Below, piece by piece: positions 50,165 to 60,520 of a DNA stretch of 64,000 nucleotides. The position numbers were made by a program, and so were the translations under genes. Below the pieces are notes generated by a model. That model worked only from the letters and a program-made list of their open reading frames with translations, was not told the origin of the DNA and did not search any database. Location of the stretch: assembly GCA_963714075.1 (NCBI GenBank), contig OY970228.1:5753696-5817695 (forward strand), given 5' to 3'. The first letter of the stretch is position 1, and every line of letters begins with the position of its first letter. The stretch comes from an uncultured Planctomycetaceae bacterium. GTDB taxonomy: Bacteria; Planctomycetota; Planctomycetia; Planctomycetales; Planctomycetaceae.

Positions 50165-50959
50165 ATGTCCGCATCGGAATCGCCGACGCTAGGACCCGTG
50201 CCCCCTCCCATCGCCGCAAGTAAGCCCTGGGGATTCTGGGCAACACTTGGGTTCTCTTTCTTGATTCTGCTTGCCTGGATCGTCGTGCAGGTCGTTGCGA
50301 CGTTCATTTACTTTTTCGCGACGCCATCGGGGAGGGCGTTATTTGGCCAGCTCATGGCCGGCCACGGCGCGCCGAGCTCGCTCACGGAGGACGGGACCCT
50401 GCTCGCGATCGCGGGGACGCTCTCGGGAATCCTCCTTCCTCCGGTCTGCGTTCTGTTCGCCTGGCTCAAGCGCGGAATCTCAGTGAAGGAATACCTCGGC
50501 CTGCGTAATGTGCCGCTGGCGCAGTGGCTCGCCTGGTTGGGGATTTGCCTCCTGTTTTGCGCCGGCTCAGACTCGGTTACGTGGCTTCTGGGCCGACCGA
50601 TCGTCCCGAAGTTTATGGAGAATGCGTACCGCTCGGTGATTTTTGAGCCTCTCCTGTGGTTCGCCGTCATTGTCGGCGCGGCGCTGTTTGAGGAATTCTT
50701 CTTCCGAGGGTTTGCCCTTGCCGGATTGAGATATTCGCGGCTGCGAAGCATCGGCGCGGTCGTGCTGACCTCTCTGGGGTGGACCGCGCTGCACACTCAG
50801 TACGACTTGATCGATTTGGCGGATCTCTTCTTGATGGGTCTGTTGCTGGGCTACGCGCGAATTCGGACCGGCTCGCTCTACATTCCGATCGGAATGCACG
50901 CCCTCAATAACTTGTGGGCCACGCTCGAGGCGGCAATCAAGGTCCACTTCTGGTCGTAA
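50165..50959 (+). CDS. CPBP family intramembrane glutamic endopeptidase (CAAX protease-like)
   Basis: 264 aa polytopic; signature ..GAALFEEFFFRG.. (EExxxR) and ..TALHTQ.., ..GMHALNN.. His motifs. Confidence 0.7.
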   Translation: MSASESPTLGPVPPPIAASKPWGFWATLGFSFLILLAWIVVQVVATFIYFFATPSGRALFGQLMAGHGAPSSLTEDGTLLAIAGTLSGILLPPVCVLFAWLKRGISVKEYLGLRNVPLAQWLAWLGICLLFCAGSDSVTWLLGRPIVPKFMENAYRSVIFEPLLWFAVIVGAALFEEFFFRGFALAGLRYSRLRSIGAVVLTSLGWTALHTQYDLIDLADLFLMGLLLGYARIRTGSLYIPIGMHALNNLWATLEAAIKVHFWS

Positions 50960-51320
50960 CGACATCGGGGAGCGATGACGATCGGGCACCGATCGTTTGG
51001 CGGCCCGCTTGATCGGGTAACCTCCGGGACACGCTCCCAAGGCAGATCGAGCCAGTCGGGAGCGCATCTGGGAGTCGAAAAGAGGCAGTTCCCGTCGCGA
51101 TTCACGTTCCGTCAGTGCCCCGACCTCACGGCTGCCTGGCGGCTCGTTGCCTCAGCCATTTCTCCCCGGTATGCTAAAAGTTTGCGCAGTTCTCCCCGTT
51201 GATCAATTTCCTCCCAAGAACTGCCCACTGAATGAGAATTACAGCCGTATTGAACTGAAACTGTCCGCACCCCACGTTTTGTGCGGCCCCTGTTGCACCC
51301 CAGATTCCGGAACCAGAGAA

Positions 51321-54300
51321 ATGGCGAGCGGCTTAGGTTTTTGCAGGCGATCGATCGGGAACCAATTCCCGCGGCAGGGGCTCTGGGCCCGATGCTCCTT
51401 CACGGCTGTCCTCGGGCTTCTGGTCCTGTCGGGCGGACGGCTGGCGGCCGACGAGCCGAAACCGGCCGCGAAGGAGCCGCCGCTGTTGCTGCAGTTGCCG
51501 GCAGTAAGCGCGTCGCAGATCGCGTTTACCTATGCCGGCGATCTCTGGATCGTCGGACGCGAGGGGGGCGACGCTCGCCGACTGACGGCCGGCGTCGGCC
51601 TGGAGAGTTATCCGGTCTTCTCGCCGGACGGAAAATCGATCGCCTTTGCGGGCGAGTACGAGGGCAACCTCGACGTCTACGTGATTCAGGCCGCGGGCGG
51701 CGTGCCTCGGCGGGTGACCCATCATCCAGATCCCGATGTGCCCGTGGGTTGGACCGCGGACGGCAAGCAAATCATCTTCCGCTCGTCGCGGCACAGCTAC
51801 GGCCGCTTCCTGCGACTCTTCATGGTTCCGGCGACAGGCGGAGAGCCGACCGAGCTGCCGCTGCCCATGGCCGAAGACGGCTCGCTGTCCCCCGACGGCA
51901 AGCGGATCGCCTACGTGCCGTTCTCGAACAAGCCGCAGTTCCCCGGCCCGATGCGGCCGCTCAAGAATTATCGGGGCGGCAGCGCCAGCCCGCTGTGGAT
52001 CGCCGACCTGGACGATTCGTCGATTATCAAAGTTGAGCGAACGACTTCGGCCGATTTCAACCCGATGTGGATCGGCGACACAATCTATTTCCTTTCTGAC
52101 CGCGAAGGGCCGACGACGATCTATGCCTGCGACGTGGCGGGCAAGAGCATCCGCCGCATCGTCGATCCGAAGGATGCCGGGGGCGACATCAAGTCGGCGT
52201 CCGCCTGTGCCGATGCGATTGTGTTCGAGGTCTTCGGCAAGGTGCACTTGCTCGATCTCAAGTCGCAGAAGTCGAAGCCGGTTTCGATCCATGTGGCCGC
52301 CGACCTTCCGAGCGTCCGGTCCAAGCTCTCAAAAGTCGCCAAAGCGATTCAGGGGGCCGACTTGTCGCCGACGGGCGCCCGCGCCGTGTTCGAGGCACAT
52401 GGCGAGATCCTGACGGTGCCGGCCGAGAAGGGCGACATCCGCAACCTGACGAATACCGTCGGAGCGGCCGAGCGCGATCCGGCCTGGTCGCCGGACGGCA
52501 AATCGATTGCTTATTTTTCAGACGCGTCGGGTGAGTACCGACTGCACATTCGGAAGCAAGATGGCCGCGGCAAAGCCAAGGTGCTGAAGGTCGGCGACGG
52601 CGAATCATTCTTCTACAGCCCGAGCTGGTCGCCCGACAGCAAGTGGATCGCCTGCAGCGACAAGAAAACCAACGTGTGGCTCGTCAATGTCGCCACCGGC
52701 AAGTCGAAAAAAGCCGACACCGGTTACTACGGCGAGGGGCCGACGGGCGCGGTCGCCTGGTCGCCCGACAGCCAATGGTTCGCCTTCGCGCGACCGATTA
52801 AGTCGTTCCTGAACGCGGTCTTCCTCTACTCGCTGAAGACGGGCAAGGTCACGCAAATCACGGACGGCATGAGCGACGCCGACAACCCTGCGTTCGACAA
52901 AGGGGGGAAGTACCTCTACTTTCTGGCGAGCACCGACATTGGCCCGTCGGTCGGGTCGGGCATGTCGACCTTCAATCGCCCCGTGACGCGAGCAGCGTAC
53001 GTTGTCGTTTTGAGCAAGGATGATCCTTCGCCTTTGGCTCCGGAGAGCGACGACGAGAAAGACAAGAAGGACGCCGACAAAGAGAAAGAGAAGGGGAAGG
53101 ACGAGAAGGGCAAAGAGGACAAGGCCAAAGATGAGAAGGGCAAAGACGGCAAAGATAAGAAAGACGCCGGCAAGGAAACGCCCAAGGTCAAAATCGATCT
53201 CGAAAACCTCGACCAGCGGACGATCGCTTTGCCCCTGCCGGGCAAGCACTACGTCAGCCTGAGCGCCGGCAAGGCGGGGACCTTCTTTATCATGGAAGCC
53301 CCCGAGTCCCACATCGGGGGCGGCGGGCCCGGTGGCGGGGGCACCCCTGGAATGACCGTGTCCCGTTTCGATCTGGCCAAGCGAAAGGCCGAAAAGATCG
53401 TCGATGGGGCGTCGACCATCGCGATCTCGTTCGACGGCGAAAAGATGCTCTATCACAGCGGGCCGGGATGGTTCATTGTGGGCACGGCTGCGCCGGCCAA
53501 GCCCGGCGATGGCGCACTCAAGATGGACGAATTCGAGGTCCTCGTCGACCCGCGGGCCGAGTGGCGGCAGATCTACCGCGAAGTGCACCGGCTCGAGCGC
53601 GACTTCCTCTACGATCCCAATTTCCACGGCTACGACCTGAACGGCGAGTGGGCCCGCCACGCCTCCTATGTCGACGGTCTCGGCAGCCGGTACGACCTGA
53701 CCTACTTGTTGAACGAGCTGCTCTCCGGCTTGAGCCTGCAGCACGTTTACCTGATGGGTGGGGACGTCCCGGAACGCGAGCCGCGCAAAGGCGGCCTGCT
53801 CGGCGCGGATTTCAAAGTCGAGAACGGTCGGCACCGGATCGTCAAGATTTATCGCGGCGAGAGCTGGAACCCCAGCTTGAGAGCGCCCTGACGCAGCCGG
53901 GCGCCAACGTCAAAGAGGGCGAGTATCTCCTCGAGGTGAACGGGCAAGAGCTTCGCGGCGACGACGAGGTCTACCGCCTGTTTGAAGGCACCGCCGGCAA
54001 GCAGACGATCCTCAAGGTCGGCCCGACTCCCGACGGGAAGGGGAGCCGCGAAGTGACTGTCGTGCCTATCGAGAACGAGCGGATGCTGCGCAATCTGGCT
54101 TGGGTCGACGCCAATCGTCGGGCGGTCGACAAGGCCACCGGCGGCAAGGTGGCGTACGTCTACGTGCCTGACACGAGCGCTCAAGGCTACATCCGCTTCA
54201 ATCGCTATTTCTTCGCCCAGGCGGGGCGCGATGCCGTCATTGTCGACGAGCGGTTTAACGGAGGCGGAGCGCTGGCCGACCACATCGTCGACTATCTGCG

Positions 54301-54778
54301 AAACCCGATCCGCAACTACGCGACGACGCGGGAGGGCGCCGACCAGCAATTCCCGACGTCGGCGATCCCCGGCCCGAAGGTCATGCTGATCAACGAGATG
54401 GCGGGCTCGGGCGGCGATTATCTCCCCTACACATTCCGCCAGGCCGGGCTGGGCCCGTTGATCGGCAAGCGGACGTGGGGTGGTCTGGTCGGCATTGGCG
54501 GCTATCCCCCCCTCATCGACGGCGGGAGCGTGACCGCACCGCGGTGGGGCATCTGGTTCCCGAACGGTCGCTGGGACGTAGAGAATCGGGGCGTGGGTCC
54601 CGACGTCGAGGTGGAGTTCGACCCGAAGGCCGTCCGAGAGGGCAAGGACCCGCAGCTCGACAAAGCAATCGAATATGTGACGAGCGAACTGGCCAAGCAT
54701 CCGGTCACCCACCCGAAGCACCCGGCGTTCCCGAACTATTACAAGGCGGGAGTGAAGGAGCCTTGGGAAGGGAAGTAG
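51321..54778 (+). CDS. tricorn protease-like S41 family peptidase (N-terminal beta-propellers + PDZ + C-terminal S41 domain), frame interrupted by 1-nt indel at ~53868-53876
   Basis: Start MASGLGF.. with signal peptide; repeated ..YPVFSPDGKSIAF.., ..WSPDGKSIAYFS.., ..WSPDSKWIAC.., ..WSPDSQWFAF.. WD/TolB-like blades; ORF 53468..54778 supplies the C-terminus (..VDERFNGGGALADHIVDYL.. S41 catalytic Ser region); C4->C5 restoration joins ..YRGESWNP|QLESALTQPGANVKEGEYLLEVNG.. Confidence 0.75.
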
Positions 54779-54811
54779 AGGGAACGCGGATTCGATAGGA
54801 GCGATCGCTTC

Positions 54812-55582
54812 ATGGAAGTCGATTATCCGCCCGGCGAGGAGCCGGCAACGGCCGACTACGTGCTGTCGGTTTTTCAGGATCAACACCGGCAGTTGTGCGC
54901 GGATGAGGGTGATCCCGAAACGGTGATTTCTTTCGAAACAACGGTCGGAGCGTGGTGCCGGGCGCGCGACCCCGAGGGACTCTTCATCCTCACGGTCGAC
55001 TGGCGCCTGCTTGCACGCGGTCTCAACAAGGAATGGGAAATCAACTGCTCGGACTTTGAGTGGAAGTCCGTCCTTAAACCCGGCCGTAAGAAGACGCTCG
55101 CCGACGTCTGTCAGCTCATCGCGCGGCACGCGAAAAGGCCGACGGTGCGGCCCGCACGCATGCTCGGCTGTGCCGGCCGGTCCGCGGGGGCTTTTCTGAC
55201 GATTCGCTCGCTGCTGGGCCAAGCGGGCGTTAGTGCGGAGAAGATCACTCCTTCGACTCCGCTCGAAGAATACACCCGGCACTACTCGTTGGTATTTACC
55301 GGAGCGATTTCCCGGCTTGCTCCGGGCACGCTTCCGTCGATTTGCGTGCGCTCCGCTCCCTTCGCCAATATTGCAATGCTGTGCTTCCTCGCGTCTGGGA
55401 TTGGCATCGTCTTTGGCGCCGTTGGGAGCATGCCGCTTCTAACCGTGGCAAGCATCTTCTTCTTGATTTTCACCAGCGTGCTTGGGGTCGCGCTGGCTAA
55501 GTTGGAGCCCGCGAGCGTCGAGTTCGGCCAACTGCGAACATTTCGGGATCTCGCCAAGGTGATCGCGGCCGGAAGCGAATAG
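54812..55582 (+). CDS. hypothetical protein with C-terminal membrane segments
   Basis: 256 aa; soluble N-terminal half, two C-terminal TM helices (..IAMLCFLASGIGIVFGAVGSMPLLTVASIFFLIFTSVLGVALA..); no domain recognised. Confidence 0.35.
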   Translation: MEVDYPPGEEPATADYVLSVFQDQHRQLCADEGDPETVISFETTVGAWCRARDPEGLFILTVDWRLLARGLNKEWEINCSDFEWKSVLKPGRKKTLADVCQLIARHAKRPTVRPARMLGCAGRSAGAFLTIRSLLGQAGVSAEKITPSTPLEEYTRHYSLVFTGAISRLAPGTLPSICVRSAPFANIAMLCFLASGIGIVFGAVGSMPLLTVASIFFLIFTSVLGVALAKLEPASVEFGQLRTFRDLAKVIAAGSE

Positions 55583-55633
55583 ATCCGCTTCCCTTACGGG
55601 CGGATCGCAACGTGGATTTGTCGGAGCAGACCT

Positions 55634-55951
55634 ATGGGATCGATCGCGATTGCCTGCTTCAAGCCGCGTCCGGGTTGCGAGCAGACGTTGTTGGAACTCG
55701 TCCGCAATCACTTGCCGCCGCTGCGTGCCGAAGGGCTCGTCACCGAGCGGGCGCCGATCGTGATGCGAACGGCGGACGGAACGATCGTGGAGATCTTTGA
55801 GTGGGCGTCACGCGAAGCCATCGAAAGCGCTCACAAGAATCCGGCCGTCTTGGCCCTCTGGAAGAAGTTCGAGGCGGCCTGCTGGTATGAAACCCCGGCC
55901 AACCTGCCCGAATTTCAGAACATGTTCTCGCACTTTGAACCTGTTCCGTAG
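55634..55951 (+). CDS. small ABM/Dabb-like (ferredoxin-fold) protein, hypothetical
   Basis: 105 aa; ..IAIACFKPRPGCEQTLLELVRNHLPPLRAEGLVTERAPIVMRTADGTIVEIFEWASREAIESA.. has the beta-alpha-beta pattern of ABM-domain proteins. Confidence 0.35.
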   Translation: MGSIAIACFKPRPGCEQTLLELVRNHLPPLRAEGLVTERAPIVMRTADGTIVEIFEWASREAIESAHKNPAVLALWKKFEAACWYETPANLPEFQNMFSHFEPVP

Positions 55952-56086
55952 AGTTCCCCGGCGCAAGTGACTCGCGCGGACCGCGCCCGCGCAGGAAAAG
56001 GGCTCGTTCGCATCTGCGAACGAGCCCGCGATTCACTGATTTGGCAAGCGGGCAACCGCAGGACGCGAGAGCCCGGCCGACTCCAT

Positions 56087-56602
56087 CTACTTTGCGGCGG
56101 CGAGCGCCGCGTCGTAGTTCGGGTGCTCGGTGATCTCTTTCACGTATTCGACGTGCTTCAGCTTGCCCTGGCCGTCCACCACAAAGATCGCCCGAGCCAG
56201 GCAGCGGTCGAGCGGCCCGCCTTGGATCAGCACGCCGTAATCTTCGCCGAACTTCGTCGACTGGTGTGCGCTCAAGGTCTTCACGCTGGCGACATTCTCG
56301 GCCCCGCACCAGCGCTTCTGCCCGAAGGGCAGATCCATACTGACGACCAGCACATCGACGTTGGAAAGTTGAGCGGCTTGTTCGTTGAACTTCTTGGTCT
56401 CCATCGCGCATACGGGCGTGTCGAGCGACGGAATGGTCGCGATGATTCGCGTTTTGCCATTGGTGCCCGTCAGAGTGATTTCCTGCATCCCCGTATCTTG
56501 CAGTTTGAAATCGGGCGCGGCCTGTCCGGCCTTAAGCTCGTTGCCGGCCAAGGCGACCGGGTTGCCTTTCAATTTGACTGCGTCACTTCGAGTCGTCGTC
56601 AT
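56087..56602 (-). CDS. tpx: thiol peroxidase (atypical 2-Cys peroxiredoxin)
   Basis: 171 aa; ..IPSLDTPVCAMETKKF.. peroxidatic Cys motif and resolving Cys (..QKRWCGAE..). Confidence 0.85.
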   Translation of the reverse strand: MTTTRSDAVKLKGNPVALAGNELKAGQAAPDFKLQDTGMQEITLTGTNGKTRIIATIPSLDTPVCAMETKKFNEQAAQLSNVDVLVVSMDLPFGQKRWCGAENVASVKTLSAHQSTKFGEDYGVLIQGGPLDRCLARAIFVVDGQGKLKHVEYVKEITEHPNYDAALAAAK

Positions 56603-56773
56603 GGTCTCTGTTCCCGTGTCAAAAAAGTCGTCGAGTCGTGATCGGTTCGCTGCCCCAGCAGTATTGCGTTTTGGCCCGCGGATGCAAGGGATGGGCGTGA
56701 CCCACTAAGATAGGTCGTTCGGTCGATTGGAGGGCCTGACAATTCAGGTTCGTCTCAATCCGGGAACTGGCGA

Positions 56774-58615
56774 GTGGTTGCGTCGCATTACGATTTCGAT
56801 GTGGTCGTCGTAGGAGCAGGGCATGCGGGGTGCGAGGCCGCGCTTGCGGCCGCACGCATGGGCGCCAAGACCGCGCTATTGACCATGAACTTGGACACGA
56901 TCGGCCAGATGAGTTGCAATCCGGCCATCGGTGGCGTGGCCAAGGGGCAGATCGTCCGGGAGATCGACGCGCTCGGCGGGGAAATGGGGCGCGTGATCGA
57001 TGAGACGGGGATCCAGTTCCGCATGCTCAACCGGACCAAGGGGCCGGCCATGCATAGTCCCCGCGCTCAAGCGGACAAGAAAGCGTATCAGTTCGCAATG
57101 AAGCTTCGCGTCGAGGAGCAAACCAACCTCGGCGTGCGGCAAGAGACGGTCGAGGCCATCGAGTCGGACGCCGGTCGAGTGATCGGTGTGCGCGTGCGCG
57201 GCGATGCCGTTTACCGCGCCCGGGCCGTCGTCATCACGACAGGCACGTTTCTACAAGCGCTCATGCACACGGGCGAGGCCAAGACGGCCGGCGGACGGGC
57301 CGGCGAGGGGACCACGAACGCGCTGTCGCAGAGTTTAGTCGCGCTGGGCTTCGAGCTGCGACGGTTTAAGACGGGAACACCGTGCCGGCTGAATGGGCGG
57401 ACGATCGACTTTGCCGCGCTGCAGATTCAGCCCGGCGACGACGACCCGCAGCCCTTTTCGTTTTTGACTGAACGGATCACCCAGCCGCAAATCCCCTGTT
57501 ACCTGACGCAGACCAATCCTCACGTTCACGCGCTGATTCGGGCCAACCTGCACAGGGCCCCGATGTATAGCGGGCAGATCCACTCAACCGGGCCGCGGTA
57601 TTGCCCGTCGATCGAGGACAAGGTGGTCCGCTTCGCCGACAAAGAGTCGCACCAGATCTTTCTCGAACCCGAAGGACGCAACACGAGGGAAGTCTATTGC
57701 AATGGCATTTCGACCAGCCTGCCCCGCGACGTCCAGGACGAACTGATTCATTCCATCGCGGGTCTCGAGCGGGCCGAGATCATCCGCTACGGATATGCGG
57801 TGGAATACGACTACGCGCCCCCCGCCCAACTCACTCCGTCGCTCGAAACCAAGTCGGTGGCCGGGCTGTTTTTCGCGGGACAGATCAATGGCACCACGGG
57901 GTATGAAGAGGCGGCGGGGCAGGGGCTGATTGCGGGAGTCAACGCGGCCCTCAAAGTTGCCGGCCGCCCGCCCCTCGTGTTGGATCGCAGCCAGGCCTAT
58001 CTCGGCGTGCTCGTCGACGACCTGGTCACCAAGGGAGTTGACGAGCCGTACCGCATGTTTACATCCCGGGCCGAGTATCGGCTGCTCTTGCGCCATGACA
58101 ACGCCGACCGCCGTCTGACTCCCCTGGGCACCCGGCTCGGATTGGTGGACTCCCGGCGTGCCCACGATTTCAGCAAATACGAGGAGGAGTTTGCCGCGGG
58201 CCTGCAATTTATCCAAACGGCCCGGCGGCAGGGGCAGCCGCTGGAAGAACACCTGAGGCGTCCGGAAACGACCTGGAATGATCTTGTGGCCCTGGCTCCA
58301 GAAGCCAGGAGTCTGGGCCTCTCTCAGCGGGCCATCGATCAGGTCGTCGTCGAAACCAAATACTGGGGCTACATCCGCCGGCAATCCCTCGACATCGAAC
58401 GTCAATCGAAGGTGCAATCGTTGGGAATTCCCCCGACATTTGACTACGTGGCCATCCCCCAGCTCCGCGCCGAGGCTCGCGAAAAGTTCAGTCGAGTGCG
58501 GCCCGGAAACCTAGGGCAGGCAGGCAGGATCAGCGGAATCACGCCAGCCGACCTCGCCGTTCTGGCCCTCTATCTTAAGGAACCGAACCGGCTGGTTTCT
58601 CGAACTGGCGAGTGA
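56774..58615 (+). CDS. mnmG: tRNA uridine 5-carboxymethylaminomethyl modification enzyme MnmG (GidA)
   Basis: 613 aa, GTG start; FAD-binding DVVVVGAGHAGCEAALAAARMG, ..MSCNPAIGGVAKGQIVREIDALGG.., ..GTTGYEEAAGQGL.. Confidence 0.9.
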   Translation: MVASHYDFDVVVVGAGHAGCEAALAAARMGAKTALLTMNLDTIGQMSCNPAIGGVAKGQIVREIDALGGEMGRVIDETGIQFRMLNRTKGPAMHSPRAQADKKAYQFAMKLRVEEQTNLGVRQETVEAIESDAGRVIGVRVRGDAVYRARAVVITTGTFLQALMHTGEAKTAGGRAGEGTTNALSQSLVALGFELRRFKTGTPCRLNGRTIDFAALQIQPGDDDPQPFSFLTERITQPQIPCYLTQTNPHVHALIRANLHRAPMYSGQIHSTGPRYCPSIEDKVVRFADKESHQIFLEPEGRNTREVYCNGISTSLPRDVQDELIHSIAGLERAEIIRYGYAVEYDYAPPAQLTPSLETKSVAGLFFAGQINGTTGYEEAAGQGLIAGVNAALKVAGRPPLVLDRSQAYLGVLVDDLVTKGVDEPYRMFTSRAEYRLLLRHDNADRRLTPLGTRLGLVDSRRAHDFSKYEEEFAAGLQFIQTARRQGQPLEEHLRRPETTWNDLVALAPEARSLGLSQRAIDQVVVETKYWGYIRRQSLDIERQSKVQSLGIPPTFDYVAIPQLRAEAREKFSRVRPGNLGQAGRISGITPADLAVLALYLKEPNRLVSRTGE

Positions 58616-59054
58616 ATCCGTCGCACACACATGCTTGAGCTTTGGTACACTGGACAACAACCCAAGACGGGTTGTGAGCCCAACTTACCGCAACGACTTC
58701 ACAGATTGGCCATCAACGGGGTCTCTGATAAGGCTGGCAAGTTGTCTTGACGCGCTAAAGAATATCAATTAAGCAAGCGTGTGAATGGAGTTGCTTGCGC
58801 CCGGCTTCGATTAAGCAGGCGCCGGCAGCCGGCCCCCCCGGTCGGTTCAAGTGTCACTGAAGGAATCAGCTTTCCCTTTTCAACTCCTCGTGAGGGCCGA
58901 TTTTCCGAAGGATGTGAGCGAGCAAAGGAGTGGCGCGGCGCGGATGAGCTAGCGCCACCAGGGAGGAGCCCCTCTTGTGGAGGGATTTCCGAGGCCCGAA
59001 ATGGACCTCCGCTCACAACACACTGCTCAGAATCGAAGGAATGGGACGAGCGTT

Positions 59055-59639
59055 ATGAAAACGGTCTTTACCACGGGCGAGGCAGCGAAGATCTGCAAGG
59101 TCAGCCAGCAGACCATCATTCGTTGCTTTGACTCGGGACAGCTGAAAGGCTTTCGCGTCCCCGGCTCGCGTTTTCGCCGTATCCCCCGGGATGTCCTCTA
59201 TAAGTTCATGAAGGAAAACAGCATCCCCACCGACGCGCTCGAGAGCGGCAAGCGCAAGGCCCTGATCGTCGACGACGACGAGGAACTGGTGGAACTGATT
59301 CGCGACGTGCTCGAATCGGATGGCCGCTTCGAGGTCCGCGTTGCCAACAACGGCTTCGACGCCGGCATGATGGTGAAAGAATACCATCCGGACGTGATCG
59401 TCCTCGACGTGATGCTGCCGGATATTAACGGCAAAGAGGTCTGCCAGCGGGTCCGCAGCGATTCGGCCCTGGACGACGTCAAAATCATCTGCATCAGCGG
59501 GATGGTCGAGCCGGACAAAATCACCGAACTGCGAGCGTCGGGAGCCAACGACTTCCTGCAGAAACCGTTCGAGGTCGAGAAGCTCGTCGAACGGATGTGC
59601 CATCTGCTCGACATGGAGCCGGCCCAGGCCGCCCGCTAA
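59055..59639 (+). CDS. response regulator with N-terminal excisionase/MerR-type HTH and C-terminal receiver domain
   Basis: Start MKTVFTTGEAAKICKVSQQTIIRCFDSGQLKGFRVPGSRFRRIPRDVLYKFM (HTH_17-like) followed by REC (..ALIVDDDEELVELI.., phospho-acceptor ..VIVLDVMLPDINGKEV.., ..KIICISG.., ..DFLQKPF..). Confidence 0.8.
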   Translation: MKTVFTTGEAAKICKVSQQTIIRCFDSGQLKGFRVPGSRFRRIPRDVLYKFMKENSIPTDALESGKRKALIVDDDEELVELIRDVLESDGRFEVRVANNGFDAGMMVKEYHPDVIVLDVMLPDINGKEVCQRVRSDSALDDVKIICISGMVEPDKITELRASGANDFLQKPFEVEKLVERMCHLLDMEPAQAAR

Positions 59640-59680
59640 CGTCATCAGTTTGAGTCCACGGTCGCGCAAGGAGGCCCGTC

Positions 59681-60514
59681 GTGGAAAGAGCGGCGGCCGT
59701 GGCCGCATTCGCAGCGGATCCGGGGCGCTCCGTCCCCTTAGGGTGCGCACATCCGAGCGCACTGCAGGAGACTGCGTGCAGCGCCGAGTCGCGCGAACTC
59801 GAAGCCGCCAAAATTGCGGCGCTGGCCGAGTTTGCCGCGGGCGCGGGCCACGAGATCAACAATCCGCTGGCGACGATCGTTGGCCGCGTGCAGACTCTTC
59901 TCAAGCACGAGCAGGATCCCAGCCGGCGGCAGAGCCTGGCGACGATTGCCGCGCAGGCGCTTCGCATCCGCGACATGATCGGGGACCTGATGGTCTTCGC
60001 CCGTCCGCCGGCCCCGGTCCGCGAGAGGCTGATCGTCAACGACGCGGTTCGGGCGATTGTCGAGCGCTTCGAGGACACGGCCCGCGAGCGCTCCGTGACG
60101 TTGACGTTCCACGCGGACGCCACCGTGTTTGCGACGGTCGATATCACCCAGCTCAAAGTCGTTCTGAGCGAACTCGTGCGCAACAGCCTCGATGCGGTCG
60201 CGCCGTCGTCCGGGGACATTCGGATCAGCGCGGCCGCCACGACGATCGACGGCCGTCCCTTTGCGGTGACGATCGTTTCAGACAATGGTCGCGGTCTGAG
60301 TGAGACCGATCGGGCCCATCTCTTCGATCCGTTTTATTCGGGCCGCGACGCCGGGCGCGGACTGGGATTTGGGCTCTGCAAGTGCTGGCGGATCGTCGCC
60401 AGTCACGGCGGGTGGATCGACGTCGAGTCGAACCTGGGCGTCGGCACGACGGTCCGCGTCTTCTGGCCCGGATCCGACTCGGCAGTGGAATCAGCCCAGC
60501 CTTCGTGTGGATGA
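59681..60514 (+). CDS. cytoplasmic sensor histidine kinase (HisKA + HATPase_c, no TM/sensor domain)
   Basis: GTG start preceded by aaggagg; H-box ..GAGHEINNPLATIVG.., N/G boxes ..LVRNSLDAV.., ..DNGRGLSE.., ..GRGLGFGLCKCWRIVASHGG.. Confidence 0.8.
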   Translation: MERAAAVAAFAADPGRSVPLGCAHPSALQETACSAESRELEAAKIAALAEFAAGAGHEINNPLATIVGRVQTLLKHEQDPSRRQSLATIAAQALRIRDMIGDLMVFARPPAPVRERLIVNDAVRAIVERFEDTARERSVTLTFHADATVFATVDITQLKVVLSELVRNSLDAVAPSSGDIRISAAATTIDGRPFAVTIVSDNGRGLSETDRAHLFDPFYSGRDAGRGLGFGLCKCWRIVASHGGWIDVESNLGVGTTVRVFWPGSDSAVESAQPSCG

Positions 60515-60520
60515 TCCCCG

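Noticed and set aside
58616-59054. Lower-GC 440-nt non-coding stretch as a possible mobile-element scar or sRNA gene
   Set aside because: It has no terminal inverted repeats, no integrase or transposase, and no convincing promoter (TTGACG and TATCAA are too closely spaced) or terminator pair. It is kept only as context for the two-component finding.
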